From Thermodesulfobacteriota bacterium (GTDB lineage Bacteria > Desulfobacterota > WTBG01 > JAGOGO01): a stretch of DNA of 32,000 nucleotides. Shown here piece after piece: positions 7,831 to 14,866 of this stretch (position 1 is its first letter; each line of letters begins with the position of its first letter). Under the pieces are notes generated by a model, which was not told the DNA's origin, did no database searches, and saw only the letters and a list, made by a program, of their open reading frames with translations. Position numbers and translations under genes: made by a program. Location: contig CP113000.1 in assembly GCA_026625185.1 (NCBI GenBank), forward strand, positions 3,192,651 to 3,224,650. Direction: 5' to 3'.

Positions 7831-8607
7831 ATGAAACGTTACAAAAAAGTCGATGTATCAGAGGAGCAACTGGAAGACATCGTCAGGCGGCACACCAGCA
7901 CAATTGAGGAAGGTTTGGGTTACGTGGACCATCAAAAGCAGACTGCAGGTGGGCGATTGGACGTACTTATGGTTGATAGTGGCAAAGCCCTTGTCATTGC
8001 TGAACTCAAGGTCGTACAGGACGACAGCATGCTGATGCAGGGCGTTGATTATTATGATTACGTTTCAAGCCACGTTGAGGCATTCGCCCGACTCTACAAG
8101 GCGCACTCGGTCGATCCCACCCAGGAAGTTCGCCTATTCTTGATAGCGCCATCCTTTTCCCAGACCTTGATTAACCGCTGCAAGTGGGTCAAACTCCCCA
8201 TCTCCTTGTTTACATACAATTGTCTTAAGTTTGAGGAAGAACAAGACATCATTCCCATATTCTCAGAGCAAGCCATACCGACGCCCCCCGAAGTTATCGA
8301 AGTTACCCACCTTGATGACCACCTCAACTACATCACTGATCCTGGGGTGCGAGATAAGGTATCCGCTCTCTTGGATGAGATTAAAAGCTGGAAACCGGGC
8401 AGTATATCCCTGGACGCCATCAAAGGTGCCATTTCAATGAAGGTCAATGGGCGTGTTTTCGCATACTTCTATCCTCGGCGGAAACATTATCTGCTGGCCA
8501 CTTACAACGACCAACAAGTCTGGACTGAATACATAATCAAGGACGACGATGATCTGGCAAACATCAAACCTATTATGAAAGCGGCAATGGAGCAACGCGT
8601 GAAATAG
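7831..8607 (+). CDS. NucS/DUF91-like PD-(D/E)xK nuclease-domain protein with an uncharacterised C-terminal domain
   Basis: 258 aa. GRLDVLMVDSGKALVIAELKVVQDDSMLMQGVDYYDYV gives the D...E-x-K arrangement (D44, E58, K60) and the context seen in NucS C-terminal/DUF91 nucleases. The last ~110 aa were not recognised. GAGGAG RBS. Confidence 0.7.
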   Translation: MKRYKKVDVSEEQLEDIVRRHTSTIEEGLGYVDHQKQTAGGRLDVLMVDSGKALVIAELKVVQDDSMLMQGVDYYDYVSSHVEAFARLYKAHSVDPTQEVRLFLIAPSFSQTLINRCKWVKLPISLFTYNCLKFEEEQDIIPIFSEQAIPTPPEVIEVTHLDDHLNYITDPGVRDKVSALLDEIKSWKPGSISLDAIKGAISMKVNGRVFAYFYPRRKHYLLATYNDQQVWTEYIIKDDDDLANIKPIMKAAMEQRVK

Positions 8608-8608
8608 A

Positions 8609-8673
8609 GTCAAACAAGGCGCTCAAGCCGATCGCGGCCCCTTGGGCCGCCCCGGCTTAGCTTTGCGTTAATG
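8609..8673 (+). mobile_element. attC-like site (65 bp), weaker core match
   Basis: Starts 2 nt after the stop of 7831-8607. Its ends are GTCAAAC (8609-8615) and GTTAATG (8667-8673). The arms pair AAC/GTT, GCT(C)AAGCCG/CGGCTTAGC with one bulged C, and GCGGCC/GGCCGC around a CCTTG loop. Confidence 0.45.
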
Positions 8674-8782
8674 GAAACTAGGAGATTTCCAAAATTACAA
8701 CATTCTTAATAAAGGCACCTCCGGGCGCTGCAAACCGCACCCCATAAATACTATCTTAAAAAACAAGGTTACGGTATGCCGG

Positions 8783-9031
8783 TCATACCCTGGCCAGCTC
8801 TGATTTCTTTTGCTGTGATAATTGTTTTATCCTCGCTTCCCGCTTTAACGCCTCTGAGATGGTGTGACACGCCTCCTTATAAACAAGCGTAACGGGGCGG
8901 CGTGATCGGGTGTATTTGGCGCCGTTTTTGCCCTCATTATGCTCCTTGATTCTTGTCTCAAGATTCCTGGTTAAGCCGGTGTAAAAGGTTTTATCGGAGC
9001 ATTGCACCATGTAGACGTAATAGGCGGTCAT
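8783..9031 (-). CDS. GIY-YIG nuclease-domain protein (UPF0213/YhbQ-like)
   Basis: 82 aa. YYVYMVQCSDKTFYTGLTRNLETRIKEHN carries the GIY...YIG-type motif pair. It starts 46 nt downstream of the ruvB stop on the same strand. Confidence 0.8.
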   Translation of the reverse strand: MTAYYVYMVQCSDKTFYTGLTRNLETRIKEHNEGKNGAKYTRSRRPVTLVYKEACHTISEALKREARIKQLSQQKKSELARV

Positions 9032-9076
9032 TGTGCCTTAGGGGGGTTAATCTCTGATTTTTTTATCGTCATGCCT

Positions 9077-10159
9077 TTACAGAAGAGACCGCTGCGGTTG
9101 CGGAGAATCTTTTGGGGGAGTGACGTTAAGATGAAGATAAGCTTTTTCGGTGGCCCGACGGCCGCTCGAGGTACGGATCAGATATCCTTGCTGAAGGAGA
9201 AATGGTTCAACCAGCTCTTCCAAGGTGCCGCTATCTTCCTGTAAGGTAGCGGCAATTGCCTCAATCCCGGCGGGACCACCCTTATAATAGGTTACGATCG
9301 CCTCCAAAAACTTACGATCTAAAATCGTTAAGCCGTCAGAATCTACTCCTTCTAAACTAAGGGCTTTCTGAGCAACCGAGCCATCAATTTTGCCGTCGGC
9401 TTTAACCTGACTATAATCCCTTACCCGCTTAAGCAGATGATTGGCAACCCGCGGCGTGCCCCGCGCCCGCCGTGAAATTTCATACCCCCCTTCATCATCA
9501 ATGCCCACTTTCAATATAGCGGCCGACCGTTTTATGATTAAAGCGATCTCATCCATCGTATAAAAGCCCAGTTCACGGACAATGCCAAAACGCTCGCGCA
9601 AGGGCCTAGAAAGAAGTCCCGAACGAGTTGTCGCTCCGATCAAAGTGAACCATTCGAGCCGGGAACGATAAGTGCGGGCATTTGCCCCTTTATCAAAAAT
9701 AATATCCATGGCAAAATCTTCCATCGCCGGGCAAAGGAGTTCTTCCACAATCTTGGGCAAGCGGTGGATCTCATCAATAAAAAAAATATCCCCCCGTTCC
9801 AATGAGGTCAAAATGCTTACCAAGTCTCCGCCCTTCTCCAAAGCCGGGCCGGTAGCATGATGAATTCTCACCCCCATCTCCTTGGAAACAATGTTGGCGA
9901 GGGTGGTCTTTCCCAAGCCCGGAGGACCTTGGAAAATAATGTGGTCGAGCGGCTCCTGCCTTTTTTTGGCGGCCAGAATAGCGATGGTAAGCGAATCAAT
10001 CACCTGTTTTTGTCCGATGTACTCTTTAAGTCGCTGCGGCCGCAAGCTAAGTTCTTCCTGAGCCACTCCTTCCCCCGCATCCTTTTGAGCATCAGACCGA
10101 AAGGCTTCTTTTAAATCAAAGGAATATTCATCGTTCATCGCTTTTCGTTCATCGCGCAT
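9077..10159 (-). CDS. ruvB: Holliday junction branch migration ATPase RuvB
   Basis: 360 aa with Walker A GPPGLGKTTLA, IFFIDEIHRL and a full-length RuvB-like AAA+ layout. Confidence 0.95.
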   Translation of the reverse strand: MRDERKAMNDEYSFDLKEAFRSDAQKDAGEGVAQEELSLRPQRLKEYIGQKQVIDSLTIAILAAKKRQEPLDHIIFQGPPGLGKTTLANIVSKEMGVRIHHATGPALEKGGDLVSILTSLERGDIFFIDEIHRLPKIVEELLCPAMEDFAMDIIFDKGANARTYRSRLEWFTLIGATTRSGLLSRPLRERFGIVRELGFYTMDEIALIIKRSAAILKVGIDDEGGYEISRRARGTPRVANHLLKRVRDYSQVKADGKIDGSVAQKALSLEGVDSDGLTILDRKFLEAIVTYYKGGPAGIEAIAATLQEDSGTLEELVEPFLLQQGYLIRTSSGRRATEKAYLHLNVTPPKDSPQPQRSLL

Positions 10160-10239
10160 GGTTTTTGCTCCGGCTCATAGGTCATAGCTTATAGCAATAA
10201 ATAACGAGTTACTGTCAGCCATCAACCATGAGCTATCAG

Positions 10240-10869
10240 CTATTTTTTCTGATTCCGGTATACTTCTTCAAAAATTTCCTCCGGTGAACTCAAATGGGGA
10301 TTGCGGTTTAAGGTTTCTTGGATCATTTTCAGGGCCTCGGCCCGCTTATGACCCAGTTGCTGCACCATCACTTCCAATACTTGGTGGGCATAATCTTCTT
10401 TCTCCTGGGGCAGGCACGGAGGCGCCTCTGATTCTATGATCAACGCAAACTTTGCCATCTTCCCATAGAGGTGCGCAATGATTTTATCCGCCAACTTTGG
10501 TCCCAGACCTTTTATCTGGACCAGAAAGCGGCTGTTGCGTTCTTCAATGGCTTGCGCAATCTGGTGAATTGGACAGATTATCAGCTTGATCGCTTTCGTG
10601 GGCCCTATGTCCGATACCGTAATGAGACGTTCAAAAAATTCCCGCTCGGCTTCGCGATTAAATCCGATCAGCATAGGCCGGGGTTGTCGTTCCGGATGAT
10701 AATAGGAAATATAGAGCCCCACCTCATCGCCATCGTCCCCGACTCTTTTGCCGTTAAAGGTCGCCCGGACAATGGGAGGTACCATTACGTCGTAGCCCAC
10801 GCCATTGGTCACAATGACCACCCTATCATCTTCAACTTTCCACAGTTTCCCGTGAAGATAACTTATCAT
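10240..10869 (-). CDS. ruvA: Holliday junction DNA helicase subunit RuvA
   Basis: 209 aa. N-terminus MISYLHGKL...VVIVTNGVGYDVMVP, HhH region (GIGPKLA-type: IKGLGPKLADKI) and the operon position between ruvC and ruvB. Confidence 0.9.
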   Translation of the reverse strand: MISYLHGKLWKVEDDRVVIVTNGVGYDVMVPPIVRATFNGKRVGDDGDEVGLYISYYHPERQPRPMLIGFNREAEREFFERLITVSDIGPTKAIKLIICPIHQIAQAIEERNSRFLVQIKGLGPKLADKIIAHLYGKMAKFALIIESEAPPCLPQEKEDYAHQVLEVMVQQLGHKRAEALKMIQETLNRNPHLSSPEEIFEEVYRNQKK

Positions 10870-10881
10870 CGTTTTTCGCCT

Positions 10882-11376
10882 TTACCAGTGAACCGCATGT
10901 GCCCGGGAAAGGCCTACCAAAGCCAGTGCTAGGGCATCGGAAGCGTGTTCGGAGGTGATTGTTTCCTTTATTCCCAAAATTTTTTGTACGGCTTTTGAAA
11001 CCTGGTTCTTATGTGCCCGTCCGTTTCCCGTAAGCGCCGCTTTTATTTCCGTCGGTTTAAGCTCCATCACCTCAAGGTTATTATAGGCCGCAGCCAGGGC
11101 TACGATTCCCCGTACCGCGCCTAACTGCAACGCTGCCTTAGGAAATCGAGGCAGCACGAATACATCTTCTAAAATTAAAAGTTGGACATCCCATTTTTGG
11201 AGGATTTTTTTTAAATCAAGAAAGATAGTCTGAAGTCTTTGAGGGGTGGAATCTTTTGGGTTGGTCGAAAGACAATCCCATGCTCGCACGACTCCTCTTT
11301 TATCAACAATTTCGATAACACCGTATCCTGTCTTGGCGAGCCCGGGATCAACGCCGATTGCTCTTAGGTTAGCCAC
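10882..11376 (-). CDS. ruvC: Crossover junction endodeoxyribonuclease RuvC
   Basis: 164 aa. [18 protein letters not shown]-terminal catalytic motif and a C-terminal [12 protein letters not shown] motif. Overlaps the yebC stop by 8 nt. Confidence 0.9.
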   Translation of the reverse strand: MANLRAIGVDPGLAKTGYGVIEIVDKRGVVRAWDCLSTNPKDSTPQRLQTIFLDLKKILQKWDVQLLILEDVFVLPRFPKAALQLGAVRGIVALAAAYNNLEVMELKPTEIKAALTGNGRAHKNQVSKAVQKILGIKETITSEHASDALALALVGLSRAHAVHW

Positions 11377-12118
11377 TCATCTTCTCCAGCAGGTCTTCTG
11401 CAATATCAAAATTGGCATACGTTTTTTGCACGTCATCCGAGTCTTCGAGCGCGTCCATAAGCTTAATCATTTGTTCTGCTTCTTTCCCTTCCAGTTTTAC
11501 AGTATTTTTGGGGACCATGGTGATTTCCGCCAAAAGATACTTAAAGTTTCGGCGTTCCAGCGAACCTCGGACGGCATCAAAATTTTTCGGATCAACGATT
11601 ACCTCAAAAGTAGTGGCCTCTTCTTTAACATCATCGGCTCCAGCCTCTAACGCCGCCTCGAAAAGTTTTTCCTCATCCACCTGGTCTTTTTCAAAAACAA
11701 TAAGGCCTTTTTTATCAAACAGCCAGGAAACACACCCGGACTCACCCAGGTTGCCGTTATGCTTTGAGAAAATATGTCGGATTTCTCCTGAGGTTCGGTT
11801 TTTATTATCCGTCAAAATATTTACCAAAACCGCGACTCCCGCCGGGCCATACCCTTCATAAACAATTTCTTCCAGGCTTCCGCCTTCGATTTCTCCCGTG
11901 CCTTTCTTAATTGCCCGTTCTATATTATCCTTAGGCATATTTTCCGCTTTGGCAGCGGCAATCGCGGTCCGAAGCCGGGAATTTCCCTCTAGGCTTCCTC
12001 CGCCAATGCGGGCGGCAATGGTTATTTCTTTAATCAGCCGCGAAAAAATTTTCCCTCTTTTGGCATCTAATGCCCCTTTTTTTCTCTTAATCGTGCTCCA
12101 CTTGGAATGCCCTGACAT
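11369..12118 (-). CDS. yebC: YebC/PmpR-family DNA-binding transcriptional regulator
   Basis: 249 aa. [37 protein letters not shown] is the canonical YebC N-terminus. Classical yebC-ruvCAB arrangement. Confidence 0.95.
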   Translation of the reverse strand: MSGHSKWSTIKRKKGALDAKRGKIFSRLIKEITIAARIGGGSLEGNSRLRTAIAAAKAENMPKDNIERAIKKGTGEIEGGSLEEIVYEGYGPAGVAVLVNILTDNKNRTSGEIRHIFSKHNGNLGESGCVSWLFDKKGLIVFEKDQVDEEKLFEAALEAGADDVKEEATTFEVIVDPKNFDAVRGSLERRNFKYLLAEITMVPKNTVKLEGKEAEQMIKLMDALEDSDDVQKTYANFDIAEDLLEKMSG

Positions 12119-12281
12119 ACTTTTGTCCCCTGTAATAAAAAATAAGATTTTTTAATAAAAAAAAAGGCTCACCTTCGGATGCATTTTGCGGAAAAAATCA
12201 TAGTTCTAAAGAGTTAGCATTATTAATGTATACCATAGCTGCTTTTCATTGCAAACAAAATTTTAATAGCCGTTAAAGACA

Positions 12282-12427
12282 AAGTAAACCCTGTTAGAAA
12301 ATTTTTCATGAAATGCACATCGGGTGAAAAAGTGAAGAAATTTTGAAGCTTATCCCATGCTTCTTTATCCCGTTAGATATTTGACCAGACCAGCGGGGCA
12401 TTTCTAACCGGGTAAAGAAAAAAATGT
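12282..12427. repeat. Interspersed intergenic repeat, copy 1 (partner at 29865-29997)
   Basis: Shares AAGTAAACCCYGTTAGAARAATTT, CGGGTGAAAAAGTG, AAGAAWTTTTRAAG, GTGCTTC/ATGCTTC, CCCGTTAG-N-CTAAC(C)GG and a terminal AAAAAAATG with copy 2, in the same order. About three quarters identical by eye. Confidence 0.6.
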
Positions 12428-12567
12428 CGAAACCTTATAAAAAATGGAAAGCAATTCCAATATATTTATTAAACGAAAAAAAAGACGTGACCTTACCCGG
12501 AAAGAATCAAAACAAGGGCAGAAAAATAAACTTTCGAATTTAAAAAATCAGAGATTTGGGAATCAAC

Positions 12568-13083
12568 TTATTGTCCACATGTTGCTAAGGCGTTTTCGTA
12601 AGCTATGGTGGAAAAGCCGCGAATTTTTTGGTCGCAGATAACCGCAAAAGGCACGCCTCTTCCCCCGTCTAAAGAGTTTTTCCGGCGAGCAGCTTCTTCG
12701 TCTTTTTCAATGTCGTATTCAGTAAAAGAAATCCCTCGCGAGCGGAAAAAGTTTCGCGCATCCTTACAATAAGGACACCAGCTGGTCGTGTAAAGCTCTA
12801 CCGTGATATTCCGCGGTTCGGCTCTTTCCTCGGCAGCAACAGGAGAGCCGCTGGCGCCCTGAGGGTTCGTGATATTCTGCGCGGACGGAAGATCAGAAGA
12901 AGGTTTGGATTTGAAGTTGGCGGGTGATGCGATCTCCACCAAAGCGCTAGTACCTTGCGAAGGTGGTGAATCAGAAAGGTGGACAACACCGTGATCATCA
13001 ACCCATTTAAACGTTTGGGCATTTGCAGCCGTTGCCATGACAAGCACCCCGAAACAGAAGATAAACAGCACGTTTTTTTTCAT
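12568..13083 (-). CDS. Exported DUF4124 + glutaredoxin-like fusion protein
   Basis: Signal peptide MKKNVLFIFCFGVLVMATAANA (start moved to the ATG at 13083, with GGGAGAG RBS 9 nt upstream). FKWVDDHGVVHLSDSPP is the DUF4124-type motif. A low-complexity linker follows, then VELYTTSWCPYCKDARNFFRSRGISFTEYDI (CPYC glutaredoxin fold). Confidence 0.75.
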   Translation of the reverse strand: MKKNVLFIFCFGVLVMATAANAQTFKWVDDHGVVHLSDSPPSQGTSALVEIASPANFKSKPSSDLPSAQNITNPQGASGSPVAAEERAEPRNITVELYTTSWCPYCKDARNFFRSRGISFTEYDIEKDEEAARRKNSLDGGRGVPFAVICDQKIRGFSTIAYENALATCGQ

Positions 13084-13151
13084 CAACAAATACTCTCCCT
13101 TTTTAAAATACTTGATCCTTTTCGACACAAGTTTCGGGTTTAAGAAAAAAC

Positions 13152-13595
13152 TTAGGGATTAAGCAAGTTAAATCCGGTTGTGGGGTCAAAAACTCTTTTC
13201 CCCTTACAATCACTAATCTCAAACAAAATGACTTCCATGACCTCCCATACTTTTACCCCGGTCCGGATACAACCGGTAACGGTTTTTCCGTTTCTTCCGC
13301 ACGCCATGTGCATATGGAGAGAAGGATTCCCCTGCTCATCCGGGAAAAGCGTTCCTACGCCGGCGACCTCATGGACGCCCTCTAAAACATGTTTCATAGG
13401 ATTTACCGGCCGCGCATCGCCCTGCGCGGGACCCACCACGAACGTGCTTTTATCGTCCGCTCCGCCCACAATAATCAATGCCGCGGCTTTGATAGACTGT
13501 TCCCGGGCAAACCGTTCGATTTCCTCGTGTACGATTTCTCCGTTCTCAAGGCGAAGAATGAAAATACGTCCTGGTTGTGCCAACGAATACTTCAT
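13152..13595 (-). CDS. PPC (DUF296) domain protein
   Basis: 147 aa. GRIFILRLENGEIVHEEIERFAREQSIKAAALIIVGG...LHMHMACG resembles the plants-and-prokaryotes-conserved DUF296 fold family. Confidence 0.7.
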   Translation of the reverse strand: MKYSLAQPGRIFILRLENGEIVHEEIERFAREQSIKAAALIIVGGADDKSTFVVGPAQGDARPVNPMKHVLEGVHEVAGVGTLFPDEQGNPSLHMHMACGRNGKTVTGCIRTGVKVWEVMEVILFEISDCKGKRVFDPTTGFNLLNP

Positions 13596-13607
13596 TGCCA
13601 GAATATA

Positions 13608-13952
13608 TTATGCAAGGGGTGAGCTTTTTGTGGTTTTGCCAGCTTCTTTCGCCACCGGATTTCCCCGGCGATTTTCCGGATTGTACTTTTTAATAGCACC
13701 CTCGACCACTTGATGAGTTTGCTGTTTTGCTTCTTCCGTCTGCACTTTCTTTTTCCGACCTAATATCTTATACCGCTGAAGCCTTATTCTTACCTCCTCA
13801 TCCTCCTGTATCCTTTTGTCAAACCTTTCAACAAGAAACACCGCGAGTAAGCACAGTAAAACAACCGCAAGCCTCATTGTTCCTTCAAATTCTACCACTG
13901 CATAAAAGGCCAAGACTACCAACAACAGTTCAAAAAGAGAAATAATATGCAT
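13608..13952 (-). CDS. Hypothetical small membrane protein with a charged C-terminal tail
   Basis: 114 aa with two hydrophobic helices and then a Lys/Glu-rich tail. It ends 13 nt before the DUF296 start, so it is possibly co-transcribed. Confidence 0.45.
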   Translation of the reverse strand: MHIISLFELLLVVLAFYAVVEFEGTMRLAVVLLCLLAVFLVERFDKRIQEDEEVRIRLQRYKILGRKKKVQTEEAKQQTHQVVEGAIKKYNPENRRGNPVAKEAGKTTKSSPLA

Positions 13953-14281
13953 AAGCTCTCCCCTTTCCTTTGCTAAGGCATGGCTTTTTTCTCACCTTTC
14001 TCCTCATATATTTTTTCGCAAAAAAGGCTATTCCTTGAACCGCCTGTTCCTCTATCCTTCAACGGCATGTGACTCGCATGGCACTGCTTCCCACCGAACA
14101 CCGCAGCTTATATTCCCCGGCATCATGCGCCATGCGTTCGGCCCCTTTCTTTCCTCCGTCCCGGTATTATGCTCATCATACAGTAAGTTATCACCCGTGT
14201 AAATTACTTTTTGAAATTTCCTGTTTTTTTGTATAAAATAATGGGGCACCACCAGATAAACCTTATCAAAAGGACCAGCGG

Positions 14282-14728
14282 GTGAAAACGTTGGTTGGCA
14301 TTTTATTGTTCCTATGCGTGTCCGGGATGGAAATTGGACTCCACCGGCAGAGTTTTGCTTCCGGACCTTTGTTAAAGTCTATACGCTTTGACAAATCTAC
14401 CGATGCTGAAAAGGTTCTTTTTGAATTAAACGGGTTTTACCCGCCTGAAGTTTTTGGACTCACAGGAAACCAACCCCGCGTTGTGTGCGATTTTAAAAAG
14501 GTGAATCCGGAAAGATCCCTTACAAAGGTCCTGGAGACGAACGGCGCCTTCATCCTGCGTATTAGGGTGGGAATCTATCCCCCCCCTGACTCCAAAATAA
14601 GAGTAGTCTTAGATTTGGATCCTCATAAGAATTACGATATAGAACAAATTTTCTTTCAAAAAGATACCACTTTTACCCTTATCATCCGCCCTGAAAACGC
14701 GAAAAAATCATTAATGGAAAGGCCGTAA
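14282..14728 (+). CDS. AMIN-domain exported protein
   Basis: GTG start with AAGGA 8 nt upstream and a signal-like N-terminus. LKSIRFDKSTDAEKVLFELNG...LRIRVGIYPPPDSKIRVVLDLD follows the AMIN beta-sandwich pattern (as in AmiC/PilQ N-terminal domains). Confidence 0.6.
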   Translation: MKTLVGILLFLCVSGMEIGLHRQSFASGPLLKSIRFDKSTDAEKVLFELNGFYPPEVFGLTGNQPRVVCDFKKVNPERSLTKVLETNGAFILRIRVGIYPPPDSKIRVVLDLDPHKNYDIEQIFFQKDTTFTLIIRPENAKKSLMERP

Positions 14729-14866
14729 AACCATTACTGCTTTCCCCGTGCAATTTTTTTTGACAATTTTCTAAAAACCAACCTTTGATTTTTTTTGTTT
14801 TTTGGGATATATCTGTCCGGACTTGCCTTAAGGATGTTTAAAGGTTTCGATAAAGGAGGTTATAGC

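Noticed and set aside
10174-10194. Three tandem heptads CTCATAG GTCATAG CTTATAG in the ruvA-ruvB spacer
   Set aside because: The stretch is too short and degenerate to distinguish from chance, and no second occurrence was seen.
12444-12641. 65-aa Lys/Arg-rich plus-strand ORF
   Set aside because: It is an AT-rich intergenic reading that runs antisense into the glutaredoxin-like gene and has no RBS.
10471-13713. Plus-strand ORFs 10471-10932, 11246-11650, 11412-11861, 11898-12155, 13180-13713 and 13389-13622
   Set aside because: They are antisense to ruvA, ruvC, yebC and the DUF296 gene, so they are shadow ORFs.
14052-14252. 66-aa minus-strand ORF between the small membrane protein gene and the AMIN gene
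   Set aside because: I saw no recognisable motif or RBS. It could be real, but the evidence is insufficient to call it.
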